A DNA stretch of 28,865 nucleotides from Vezdaea acicularis (taxonomy: Eukaryota): the NCBI GenBank assembly GCA_026025075.1, contig JAPEUI010000015.1, forward strand, positions 186,001 through 214,865, in the 5' to 3' direction. The position numbers and the translations under genes were made by a program. Positions 1 to 11,627 of this stretch are shown here, piece after piece. Numbering within the stretch: position 1 is the stretch's first letter; each line of letters opens with the position of its first letter. Under the pieces are notes generated by a model that ran no database searches, had not been told where the DNA came from, and saw only the letters and a program-made list of their open reading frames with translations.

Positions 1-11
1 TTCATACTTAC

Positions 12-795
12 GTTTCTTTTGCTAGCATTGCGCCTATACGTAGTCCTTTACCCAGCAAGGAGAGGATTTCAATGAATTTCAATCCATGCATCCACGTGTT
101 ATTATTGACCAGCGCCCTATGCCATGCCCACTCCCACTTATATCCATATTTTTGCCCATATGTCTCAACGTTACGCCATAGTTTCGCCAGCTGAAAATGC
201 ATGCTAGCAATGTTCGCCTTTCGAGTAGATGCATCCATAATGCCACGAGTTGTTGTACGACCGGTTGGATCGCCAATCTTAGCAGTAGCACCTCCTAACT
301 TCATCTTGTTAGCATACCCAGTCCATTCCCGTATTGGGAGCCTAATGTACCAGTAATACACTCCGGTACCCATGAGCATATAGCCAAAATAGGGGCATCA
401 TTGCTACCAGATTACCGACATGTATAGAAGGCGCAGTCGGGTCGACACCGACATAAGCTCCAATACGTTTCTTGATCATCAATTCGTCGAGCGCGTCACG
501 GTTTCTGTGCGGATGCAATGATCAGCTTCAATCTCACGTCTTGAGGACGCTATACTCGAACAAACCCCGTAACTTTATCAACATAGCCTCTCGCTTCCAG
601 GATGCTCAGCATGCTAGGCTTCTCCTTCCGCTTGATCTTCTCCGCCTCGACATCCCAAAGCCGTTGCGCCTCGTCCAGCTTTGCTGAGTATTTAGGGCCA
701 TATTTCTGAGAGACCGATCGCTGACTTCTAGGCCGCTGCCTCTGAGGGAAATATCTCCAGCAAATTGCAGGATACCTAGAGGGAGGTCTTTGCAT
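12..795 (-). CDS. MSY1: Mitochondrial tyrosyl-tRNA synthetase, 5' part (continues beyond the left edge). Exons 795-566, 504-351, 298-12; next intron starts at 11
   Basis: Spliced translation gives ...[44 protein letters not shown]...LGGATAKIGDPTGR. YxGxDPTAxSxHxGN is the class I HIGH-type motif of bacterial-type TyrRS, and GGATxxIGDP is also typical. The Arg/Ser-rich N-terminus fits a mitochondrial presequence. Introns 565-505 and 350-299 keep the frame. Confidence 0.93.
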
Positions 796-1050
796 CTCCC
801 AAAGACTTTCGAATTGAGGCCTAGGAGATAAGTATCAGACAAGGGTTACTGGGACAGAGAAGAATACCTTAAAATTTCCCGCCAATGGTATCGTGACGGA
901 TGTTGCCGCGCGGAGTGTTTCCGCTATACGTCAGTTGACCCAGAGCTCCGCATCATTTGTTGTCTTGTAAGAAGTCGACAAGCCTCTAGTAAAGGCGATT
1001 GCAGTCAATTCATTTGTGCTCGTATATATAACCTGGTATACTGAGTCAAG
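796..1050. promoter_or_regulatory. Short divergent (probably bidirectional) promoter between TyrRS and the GH36 gene
   Basis: Head-to-head ATGs are only 255 bp apart; TATATATAA lies at about 1023-1031. Confidence 0.55.
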
Positions 1051-4000
1051 ATGCTGGCGAACCTTTCATGTGACCCACCTTTAGGGTACACGACTATCAT
1101 TCCATTTGCAGATCAGAGTGTATGTAACTCCCTTTTTGTGCTGCTTCAGAATTCTGATCAGAAAAGCACAAGCTTAACTTCACTGTCTCCATCAACTGTA
1201 AAGCAAGCCCAGAGGACCAGAAATGGGAGGTATTAATTTGGCATAACCTCAAATCCCAGAATGAATGGACCGCTATGCTCTTAACTGAGACCGAAGCTTC
1301 GGAAGTGCAAGTCCGTGGCCTCTAGCGTCAACCTTTCATCTCATAGCTATTTTGACAAGCACTTAGATCTTGTCGAGCCCTGATCATGCCTCTCAGTCAC
1401 TATACCGTTCCTTTTCGGGCACATTGGAAGGTCGGCCAGAGTCTGGCCGGCCAGTCTACTTCACCGTGAAGTTTCGTACGAGCTCTAGTGAGTCGTGGAA
1501 ATGGGTGAATGATGCACTTTCTTTAGCGGACGGAGAGATACTCTTCCAGGACTCGAAAATTGCGTCGTCGAATTCTCTAGACAGCTACTTTCGCCTAGAA
1601 TCTGGCTTCCAACCAGAGAATATTCCTAGCGAGACGCCCCATACTCAATTATGGTCATTGACAGGAAAAGTGGAAGGTGCGCTGGGCAGGTCATCCCGGT
1701 ATAAGACGTTGCTCTTAGGTAAACCTAAAGCATTCTCTCGGTGGATGGCTTTAGTCCGGCTATGGGCGCCATGGCTAGCACCGCGACAAGGAAAGAAGAC
1801 ACTCGATCTTGACAGAGAAGCTGTCATTTGTTCATTCCAATTGTGTACAGGAGCTCATCTTGTTCTCCTTGCTTTGAGTGGAATAAATGATGTATTATCT
1901 CTCTTCACCTCTGACAAAGATGGCAACATCCTACTGTCCCTCCGAAACGACTCAAAGGATGAGGCCGTTGGGCACGTCCTCATTTCTGTTGGGCCTGAAT
2001 TTGAGATGGCGTTAGCTAGTGCGATATACCAAGCTCGTCGGCTTGTTTCTCCATATATCAACGATGGACCCAGAAGTGCAGAAATGATGAAGGTCTTCCA
2101 GCAGGAAATAAAGCCCGAGTGGATGGAGGCTTGGTATGACGGACTGACATATTGTACCTGGAATGGACTTGGCCAAAACCTTACGGAAGAGAAGGTGTTT
2201 ACAGCACTTGACTCACTGGAGAAGAATCACGTTCACAGTTTGTTACTTTCCCTGCAGAACTCTAGTCCTGTGAATTGACGAGACCTTAGTTACTAATTTA
2301 ATCATTGATGATAATTGGCAATCATTGGTATGCTCTGTCTCTCTCATATCACCATAAAGGATGATGTTAAGACTCATTTGATAGAACAATGAGGGCGCGA
2401 TACAATTTAAAAGGGGATGGCTTGAGTTTGAGGCAAACAAGAAAGGATTCCCAAGCGGACTTGCACATACTGTTAGTCAAATACGATTGCGCCAGCCCAA
2501 TATCCAGCACATCGCTGTTTGGCATGCTCTGGTAAGTGGCTCGCCCTTGCTTCGCTGTATTTTTGGCTTATTGCAACATAGTTTGGCTATTGGGGAGGCA
2601 TAGCCCCTGAAGGCAAGCTCGCCAAGAAATACAAAACGATTGAAGTTCTCTGCCGGAAAGGACTCAGTGAAGGGACGATGACAGCCATCACAGCTGAAGA
2701 TATTGGAGATTTCTACGAGGAGTTTTATGGGTATTGACAAACAGCACAAAAAACGAGCACGCGCTGACTCAAAGCTAGTTTCTTACATAGTTGTGGCATT
2801 GACTCCGTAAAAGCAGACGCACAATTCTATCTTGATGAGCTGGAGCATGCAGATGATCGAAGGGCATTGATGAAGCCATATCAAGATGCTTGGACTATCA
2901 GCAGTCTAAGGTGGTTCTCTACTAAATGTATATCGTGTGAGTAATTTACCACAACTTCTAGATTGAATCTTCTAAAGTCTTGTTTTAGGCATGTCTCAAA
3001 CTCCACAGCAGATATTTCACTCCCAGCTTCCAACTAATCGACCTCCGATAATGCTCCGGAACTCGGACGGTAGGTCAATAAAGGAACGATAATACTCCAT
3101 AAGTACTGATCAATCTTACAGATTTCTATCCAAGCGTGCCAGCCTCACATCCGTGGCACATCTTCTGCAACGCGCACAATGCCCTACTAAACCAGCATCT
3201 CAATGCATTGCCAGATTGGGATATGTTTCAGACAGACCACCCATGGGCATCATATCATGCAGCTGCTCGTTGTGTTTCTGGCGGGCCTGTATACTTTACA
3301 GACGAACCGGGAAAGCACGACATTGATCTGATTAAGCAGATGACAGCACAGACTCCGAAACAGAACACCATCATCCTAAGGCCTGCAGTTGGGAAATCTA
3401 TGAAGCATTACCTTGATTACAGTGAGGAAAAGCTTCTGCATGTTGGAACATTTGTAAGCTCTGTCTCTGGCATCCTAGGAATTTTCAACGTGAGCTCTCG
3501 GCCGTTGTCGGAATTAGTCAACCTGAAGGAATTCCCAAGCATCAAGCAAGGGGACGAATGCATTGTTCGATCGCACAAGCACGGCAAAATCTCCAATATC
3601 TTGACATCGGGAGCGGCTACCGCTGTCGTAGGCATTGACCTAGATGTGGTAGGCTGGGAGATTCTCTCGGCTTACCCATTGAAGACTTTCAACACTAAGC
3701 GATATAAGAGTGCGAAGGTTGCCCTTATTGGCTTACTTGGAAAGATGACAGGCTCAGCAGCCATCGTTGGAGAAAATATTGGTATAATCTCTGGAGAGCG
3801 TTTGCAATTTAGGATATCCCTAAAAGCTCTCGGAACTTTAGGTTTGTTTATTCGAGACACAAACTAAGGCGGCAACTAACAATCAGCAGGAATATACATT
3901 TCTAAACTGAGGAAAGAGTCCATTAAAGATGACTTCATCGTTACGATCCTGGGCAAAGTCATACCGTTCCATACTGTCAAGGCTGACAAGCTTGAAGATG

Positions 4001-4092
4001 TCTTAGAAATTGATGTCGAGCAGGCGTGGAAGGAGATGGAATTGGATAGTGGTTGGAGCAATGAGGTGCAGATTGAGATTATCATGCATTAG
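1051..4092 (+). CDS. Raffinose synthase/Sip1-family alpha-galactosidase (GH36), about 857 aa. Exons 1051-1119, 1173-1310, 1367-2237, 2290-2327, 2385-2531, 2582-2730, 2779-2936, 2989-3069, 3122-3841, 3890-4092
   Basis: Nine GT-AG introns join into one open frame (2574 nt). Motifs YCTWN, LIIDDNWQS, VWHALFGYWGG, GIDSVKADAQ (nucleophile KxD), RNSDDFYP (acid/base), PDWDMFQT and HAAARCVSGGPVYFTD are characteristic of the Sip1/Raffinose_syn family. Confidence 0.93.
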
Positions 4093-4432
4093 TTGCTCAA
4101 TGAGAAGCTGGTTGTTAGAAAAACAAAAAAAGAGCGAGCATTCTACAACTCATACTATTCTCCTCCTGTCCAGATGGAGGAGAATGGTCTGTCACGGACA
4201 TGAAAGTAATTGTAATTGCGCGCTCGAGGAACAGACCGAGGGCATACTGCAGATGACTCAACCAATTTTGATATCCCAATAACAGCTCCCTAAAGCTGCT
4301 CAAATGCCCACTGAGCATATACAGGTCTCTGTTCCTACTGTAAGATTTTTCTCCTTAATTCATGGAGTTCAGAGAAAGAGTGGAACATCGAACGGGGTAT
4401 AGTACGGGAGTTGCCGTTGTACCCTTGTCGCT

Positions 4433-4468
4433 CGCGAAAAGCGCGGGACGCGTAGGATTTAGTCGCGT
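4433..4468 (+). promoter_or_regulatory. MCB/SCB-like G1/S cell-cycle boxes upstream of MSH6
   Basis: CGCGAAA at 4433-4439, ACGCGT at 4448-4453 and a further CGCGT at about 4464-4468, roughly 150 bp upstream of the ATG. MSH6 is an MBF target in yeast. Confidence 0.6.
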
Positions 4469-4601
4469 CGTCTACCAGAGCGAGCTCTTGAAAGCTTGGG
4501 CCAATATATTATAGGCCAAACATTCTACACCCATTGAGCTTCGTAGATGAAGTAGTAGCATTCGTTTTCTGTTCTACAGTCTAGCAGAAGTCTCAAAAAC
4601 C

Positions 4602-7600
4602 ATGGCTAAGAAGTCCGAGGCAGAAGGGGTTCTAACACCAGCCCCCAAGCCTTCATTAAAGAAAGCACACTCCGGATCCCAGTCCACCAAGAACCAGAAG
4701 TCGATCCTGGGTTTCTTCCAGAAGAACCCAAGAGCCAATTCTTCGCCATCCACCGTACAAGATACTTCCTTGAGCGCCTCTTCAGCCAGCGTCATCAATA
4801 GAAAGACCGTTGTTAGGTCTAAGCATGCTGTCAATCACGGGTCCAGTTCGAGCTTAACACCTGCTCCAAGCAGCGATGCTATAGTACCCTCTTCGCCCCC
4901 TTTCAAAGATGTCGAAATGGTGGACTGCAAGATGGATGGGCAAAATGGTCTCCCTTCACCGATTACTCCGGCAGCTGAACATAGGAGTAGGCCCCTCGAG
5001 AGCAATGGATTCCAAAGCACGTTGGGCTACAGCAGCCCCTCCCGACGGGCAAAGCAAAAGGTGGTGACCTATGCAGAATCTGGGGATGAGAACGAAGACG
5101 ATGATGAGGATGCATTTGACCCAGCTCGACCTATCAGAGGCCGAGCCATAAAAAAGCGTATAACAGCAACAGAAGACGACTCAGGAGACGATTTTGGCCT
5201 TGACAAAACGTTGGATGGCGGAGAAGATGATGATGGTGGGCTCCACGTGCTAGTTCAACCTCGACTATCTCTGTACTGACTTTTTTCTTATCCAGACCTC
5301 GATAACTTCATTGTTCCAGACGACTCAGAAGAGGAAGCGTCGTTATCCAAGAAAAGGAAGCGTCCGTCAAAGACGAAGTCTCGATCTACATCATCTTCCG
5401 TAGCACTTCCTCCGCTGGACGATGAGGGCATGGAAAACAAACTTGAAGCCCGTGCTTCCACTGCTCAGCAGTGGAACTATGATCCAGAAAATACGCAAGT
5501 GCCTCATCGTGAACAAGTACCTGCCACGATAAAGAAGAAGGCATCACTACCGGCCAGCAAACTGAAGGCAAAAGCACATGTGTCTGAGCCGGAACAAAGA
5601 TATCCGTGGCTTGCAAAACTCCTGGATATAGACAGAAATCCTCCGGATCATCCTGAATACGATCCGAGAACTGTATATATTCCGCCTCTTGCTTGGAACA
5701 AATTTTCACCGTTCGAGAAGCAATACTGGGAGATTAAGCAAAAGTTCTTTGACACGATTGTCTTCTTCAAGAAAGGCAAATTTTACGAGCTTTATGAGCA
5801 CGATGCTACCATTGGCCATCAATTGTTTGACCTAAAGCTTACTGATCGTGTCAATATGCGGATGGTTGGTGTGCCAGAAATGTCTTTAGATCACTGGGCA
5901 AATCAATTTGTCGCAAAAGGTTTTAAGATCGCTCGTGTCGATCAATCGGAGTCAGCGCTCGGCAAGGAAATGCGTGAAAGGGGCGACAGCTCTACTAAGA
6001 AAGGGAAAGAAGACAAAGTTATAAGGAGAGAGCTTGCTTGTGTCCTTACTGCTGGTACGCTTGTGGATGCCAGAATGCTTCAAGATGATATGTCAACATA
6101 CTGTGTTTCGATCAAGGAAGCGGAGGTAGACAATCTCCCCGTTTTTGGTATATCGTTTGTTGATACTGCTACCGGTCAATTCTTCGTTACCGAGTTTGTG
6201 GATGATATTGACTACACAAAGTTTGAGACCTTCGTAGCCCAGACTCGACCGCAAGAAATCCTCGTTGAAAAGTCCGTCATCTCTGTTCGAGCTCTTCGGA
6301 TTCTAAAGAACAACACAGGACCGACCACAGTTTGGAACTATCTGAAATCTGGAAGAGAATTCTGGACTGCTGATGTTACGCTTCGGGAGCTAGATGCGGG
6401 AAACTACTTCGTGTCTATGGACCAGGAGAACATCGATGTATGGCCGAAGGTATTACGAGAAGCGCGAGATAATGTGTATCTTATGTCATCTTTTGGCGCA
6501 CTTGTTCAATACCTTCGGTCCCTCAAGATCGAACGAGACCTGATAACCCTAGGTAACTTCACCTGGTACGATCCAATTCGCAAGGCTACAAGCTTGGTGC
6601 TTGATGGTCAGACACTTATCAACCTCGAAATCTTTGCCAACTCATTCGACGGTGGGTCCGCTGGGACTCTATTCACCCTCCTAAATCGCTGCATTACTCC
6701 ATTTGGCAAGCGTATGTTTCGGCAATGGGTCTGTCATCCATTGGCAGACACTGTCATGATCAACAATCGGCTGGATGCTGTCGATTCTCTCAATGCAGAT
6801 GCTACTATCCGCAACCAATTTACTGCTCAATTGACCAAATTGCCAGACCTCGAGCGGATCATCTCTCGAATTCATGCGGGAAGCTGTAGAGCTCTGGACT
6901 TTGTTCGGGTGCTCGAAGGCTTTGAGCAAATTGAATACACCATGAGTCTACTCTCAGCTATGGGTTCAGGTGATGGCGTGATCGGCCAATTGATCTCAGC
7001 AATGCCAGATCTGAATGAGCCTTTGGATTACTGGAAATCTGCTTTCGATCGAAGCAAGGCTAAAGATACCGGAATCCTGGTCCCGGAGCGAGGAGTCGAA
7101 GAGGACTTTGATGAGAGCCAAGATGCTGTGGAGCAAGTTTTGGCAGATTTAGACAAACTTCTTAAAAAGTATCGCCGCGATCTAGGCACGAATACGATTG
7201 AATACAGAGACAACGGCAAAGAGATCTATCAACTCGAGGTTCCCACTAAAGTAAAAAGTGTCCCAAAGAATTGGGACCAGATGTCTGCCACCCAGAAAGT
7301 AAAAAGATACTACAGTCCGGAACTCAGAGGTCTCGTCCGTCAACTACAAGAAGCTCAAGAAACCCATACTCAAATTGTCAAGAGAGTAGCTGGTCGCTTC
7401 TATGCGCGCTTCGATCAGGATTACCAGACCTGGCTTGCAGCTGTCCGAATTATCTCTCAACTAGACTGCTTGATCAGCTTAGCTAAAGCATCTTACAGCC
7501 TGGGAGAGCCAAGCTGCCGCCCTCAATTCGTAGAGTCTGAGAGAAGCGTGGTTGATTTCGAGGAGCTACGACATCCGTGCATGCTTCCGAATGTCACAGA

Positions 7601-8429
7601 CTTCATCCCTAACGACGTGCAACTGGGGGGAAACCGCCCAAACATCAATTTGCTGACTGGTGCCAATGCTGCCGGGAAATCTACGATTCTTCGAATGACT
7701 TGCATTGCGGTCATTATGGCGCAGATTGGCTGCTACGTGCCATGTCGATCCGCAAAATTGACTCCTGTGGACAGAATAATGTCCAGATTAGGCGCAAACG
7801 ACAACATCTTCGCTGCTCAGAGTACGTTCTTCGTTGAGCTATCGGAGACTAAGAAGATTCTCTCGGAAGCCACTCCTCGTTCCTTAGTGATTCTCGACGA
7901 GCTAGGAAGAGGAACAAGCTCATATGACGGGTAAGCCGCTTTAGTCCATCACAATCCTTGAACCTACGTACTAAGTTTGCCTAGCGTTGCCGTTGCTCAA
8001 GCCGTGCTCCACCACATTGCCACTCACATTGGGTGTACTGGCTTCTTTGCTACCCACTATCACTCACTGGCAGCTGAATTTTCTGCCCATCCTGAAATTA
8101 GTCCTCAGCGGATGCAAATCAGTGTGGATGAGGCTAATCGCCGTGTCACCTTCCTCTACAAACTCGAAGAAGGCGTCGCGGAGGGCAGCTTCGGTATGCA
8201 TTGCGCAGCCATGTGTGGTATTCCTGGCAAGGTCATCGAGAGGGCTGAGATGGCAGCGAAGGAATGGGAGCACACAAGTCGCCTTAAGGAGAGCTTGGAG
8301 AAGGCGAAGGTCGGAAGCTATGTCCCATTAGGGTGGCTGAGTGACATCTCTTGGTGTCTTAAGGAGGGAGGAGAGAAGGAGGCGGAAAAGGGGTTGGATG
8401 TGCTGATGAAAGCAATTGAGAGCTTGTAG
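4602..8429 (+). CDS. MSH6: DNA mismatch repair protein MutS homolog 6, about 1237 aa. Exons 4602-5235, 5296-7930, 7985-8429
   Basis: N-terminal PIP box QKSILGFF; YDPRTVYIP; mismatch-binding FFKKGKFYELY (FxE); Walker A TGANAAGKST; STFFVEL; LDELGRGTSSYDG; FATHY; SFGMHCA. Confidence 0.98.
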
Positions 8430-8810
8430 ATCTAGCAGTGTATTTGCAGCATTTGCATTCGCTGGTTGGAAATTGGAAGCCTCTTAGGCTTGCTTGCTTC
8501 GTTTAAGCGTTGCAGCTGGAGGTTGTATTTTCTTTTTATCGCATTCTCAGCAGACCATTGCATATCTCTAGATTAGATCAATTCTTATTCCCTTGTTCGA
8601 TCAACTATCACTGCGCAGCCAAGTATTTTGCGACACCACATCGGCACTAACCTTAGGTGAGCAGCACTCATGTTAGGATATGGCGACCTAGTGGAAGCCC
8701 ATGTGAGTCTATCCAATAAGCATATCAGTGCGGCGACCATTGGATCTAAACAATCGCATCATTCTAATGTACCCCAGCTGGAAACGCCTAACGCGCCTCC
8801 CGTGCCAATG

Positions 8811-9992
8811 TTATAACTCCGTCTTACTACGAACAATATGTCTCCTCCCAGCTCTATCCAAGGTCCCTCCTCCGCCCCACGCCTGCCCATCCCCCTCCTC
8901 AAAGAAACCCTCCAGCTCCATCCATTCTCCCACAAACGCCGTCCCCAGCACAGCCCAATCCCTTACCGTATTCGTATCCAAATGCTCCCCATCATCATCC
9001 ATCTCGTGCCACACGCGTGGGAACGGACTCGGTATCATGTGGAGGACTTCGACGCCCCGCTTCAAGAAAGGGACGTGGTCATCAGCGATGCCGTAACCCA
9101 TTCGAAAGTCGATTATCTCCTTCACAGTATCGTACAGCCAGGGCTCTGGGTTAGCGCCGTGTGAGGCGAAGAGGTGGAGGCCGCGCATGCGCTCTTCGAG
9201 ACGGGAGAGGGACTGGTACGACCAGTGCGTTGTGGAGAAGTAAGAGGGGATTTTGGGGGCAGCTGCCCCAAGCAAGTCGAGTAAGAGAAAAAGGCTGATG
9301 GATGATAGGGGAGTGCGGTAGGTTGAGAGCGCTGGATGGTACGTCTTTTCCCATGTCTCGGCCAAGGAGCGAGCTCCGAATAACGAGTCTGTCTCTGTCC
9401 ACCGGATCCACGACTCCTCTCCGTCAAGGAGGAGGACCTGGACCCCTTTCTCTCCATCCATGCTTGCCTCTTCCGCGTTCATTGAGTCCCATTTTCTAGT
9501 TAGAGCTGCGTCAACCGATCGCGCAATCTGTAGAATCATGGCGCATGGCGCCGCGCTGTCGGTTGCCCCAATGAAGCCCGCGGGCGAGTATTTACTGTCA
9601 TAGTGCGCAGCCAGAGTTAAGTAGCTGACTTCGCCAGGCTGAGCCCAAGGCGGGGCACGCGTGGCTATTAAGTTTGTGAAGGGGACGTAGTCATTGCCTG
9701 AGATGGGGGTCTTCTGAGTAGAGTTCTGAAACTCGAGAGTCCAGTTGGGGAGGGAGGTACGGAAGAAAGTGACGAGGTGGTCTAGGGCGTCATCGTGGGA
9801 GAGAGTTCCAGGAACCCGAGGAATGAGGAGAGGGGAGAGAAGGGAGCCGTTGTGGATATCGAATGAAGTGCCTGGATTGGGGATGCGCTGGAGGGTGGTG
9901 TCTGATAGAGGGGAGTAGGTATTCGTAAAGCCTGGTATAAGTACGAGTATGGCTATTCGCAGAAGGAGGAAGAGCGGGTTGTGCAGAGCCAT
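8811..9992 (-). CDS. Glutaminyl-peptide cyclotransferase-like protein (peptidase family M28), secretory pathway, 393 aa, intronless
   Basis: N-terminal hydrophobic signal; motifs LAAHYDSK, GATDSAAPCA, DGEES, SLFGARSLA, LLDLLG, DDHVPF and PFPRVWH match QC/M28 zinc-binding motifs. The C-terminus is KTEL. Confidence 0.92.
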   Translation of the reverse strand: MALHNPLFLLLRIAILVLIPGFTNTYSPLSDTTLQRIPNPGTSFDIHNGSLLSPLLIPRVPGTLSHDDALDHLVTFFRTSLPNWTLEFQNSTQKTPISGNDYVPFTNLIATRAPPWAQPGEVSYLTLAAHYDSKYSPAGFIGATDSAAPCAMILQIARSVDAALTRKWDSMNAEEASMDGEKGVQVLLLDGEESWIRWTETDSLFGARSLAETWEKTYHPALSTYRTPLSSISLFLLLDLLGAAAPKIPSYFSTTHWSYQSLSRLEERMRGLHLFASHGANPEPWLYDTVKEIIDFRMGYGIADDHVPFLKRGVEVLHMIPSPFPRVWHEMDDDGEHLDTNTVRDWAVLGTAFVGEWMELEGFFEEGDGQAWGGGGTLDRAGRRHIVRSKTEL

Positions 9993-10411
9993 TATGAGAA
10001 TGGAGGAGTTGGGGGGGGGTTCTTGCTAGCTATCGTCAAAGATTATCATGGCTGGAATCATAACAGGAAAGACGTTGCACGATCCAGGGCGGTTTGGCAT
10101 TATCCCCAGGTTTCGGCTGGATCCTTCAGGGATTGTTTTGGCGAGATCTCGGTACCGTGGCTGCGCTAAGCAAAATAGGGGCCGCTAAGGGGGCTTTTGA
10201 TTCGGCTGCTTTTCACATGGAACTGCTACTCAAGCAACCTAAATTAACTTCATCAATGGCTTGGTGGAAATGGCACAACAAAGCTTTCTCACCCTGTATC
10301 CAATTTAGAGGAGCGTTATCCTCCGGAAAAATGCTGCAGTAGGCTAAGAACTTGTTTGGCTTTTTGGATTCCTTGTGTTCTTTCCTTTCGAGGACCTTCC
10401 TCTATGAACCT

Positions 10412-11351
10412 ATGATGATGCAAGCCAACTCTAACTATCGGTGGCTAAATCCGAGATGTTATATCCTTTTGCATCCACTTAAGACTCACAATTCACGTCC
10501 ATGGATAACCAGTAGAGGCAAGATCTTCTTACGAAAGTCGTCACAAACCGCTTTCCGGCATGATATACCACCATCCACAAAATCAGGTATCATTACGCAC
10601 TACCTGAATTGAAATCTCCTAAATGCCTTACTTATTGTTACTAGGATATCCGGAACGACTTCTTGTTTATCATGCGGGGACCCCTCGAACTGCATTCATT
10701 GGTTGCTTGAAACTCACAACCATTTTCCTCTTCTCTTTCGCCTCTTTGCAGATCACGCCTGCATTATCGAAGGATCCGGATCTTCCAATTTGGGCGCCCA
10801 TTGCGTGTAAGTATAGCTTCGTTTTTCTAGACGCTGTTTAAAAGCAATTCTAGCCTCATATGATTGTCAATTTCTTCCTCTCAGTCATGATAGAGATGTC
10901 ACCTAGATTGGGTTTTCAAGATAAGTTTAATGGCTGATGTCAACCAGCTTTCGTTGGGGGAGCAATACCCATGGCCTTTGTTGCGTACACATCATCACCA
11001 TTCGTCATCTATGCTCATTTACGACTTCCAGCGTTCGCGCGTCGATCCCAGGAGATGCTTGTTCGCTTTTCCCAGCGTATCCCTAAGGATACTGAGCTTG
11101 ACCTTACGACTATGTCCTTCTTCGGCCGTCCACGGGTGACGAGGCTGAAGATAGGGGACCTCAAAGAAAGCCGAGGTCGACTTGGGGTGGCCAACCTCGC
11201 CAGGGAAGCGCCTCTCTTGAACCCTGGGCGCAGCTGGCTTGCAAGAAAGCCATTGACGGAATTTTTCGTCTCCAAGGCTGGTGGGCGGAAGCGACTGGAC
11301 GGTGTATGGAGGAGCATGCTGGAGAATATCAAAACGCATGATCAAGGTTAA
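10412..11351 (+). CDS. Hypothetical protein, about 246 aa, probable mitochondrial inner-membrane protein with two hydrophobic segments (possibly TMEM70/186/223-like). Exons 10412-10586, 10645-10806, 10948-11351
   Basis: Three ORF-track fragments join in frame through two GT-AG introns (741 nt). A basic presequence-like N-terminus is followed by YPERLLVYHAG...CLKLTTIFLFSF and a second hydrophobic segment PIASFVGGAIPMAFVAY. The start ATG is uncertain (ATGATGATG) and the family call is inference. Confidence 0.75.
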
Positions 11352-11405
11352 GAATGGCATGGGCGTTGCTATCGTTGAAACCCAAACGAACGTATGATGT
11401 TCCCT

Positions 11406-11627
11406 TCATTTATCCCTGATATCATACATCGTATCTAGCATTGCATGGACCAGATACCTGCATTCTGTTGGCTTATAATCCGCGCGATACTTAGTTCCGA
11501 ACCTTTTTCTCATGGCTTCTGCAAGTCTTTCGAAGCGGACATGGTGGGTTTTGAGGTCTGGCTCGTTATACATTAGCCAGAGATGGAAGGCCCATTTGCA
11601 TTCGTTAGGGGTAAAATGGTCAGGCAT
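11406..11627 (-). CDS. Small hypothetical protein, 73 aa, possible single Myb/SANT-like helical domain
   Basis: ATG in AAC-ATG context; protein-like composition (FTPNECKW...RFERLAEAMRKRFG...ECRY); stop lies 54 bp from the convergent gene's stop. Confidence 0.45.
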   Translation of the reverse strand: MPDHFTPNECKWAFHLWLMYNEPDLKTHHVRFERLAEAMRKRFGTKYRADYKPTECRYLVHAMLDTMYDIRDK

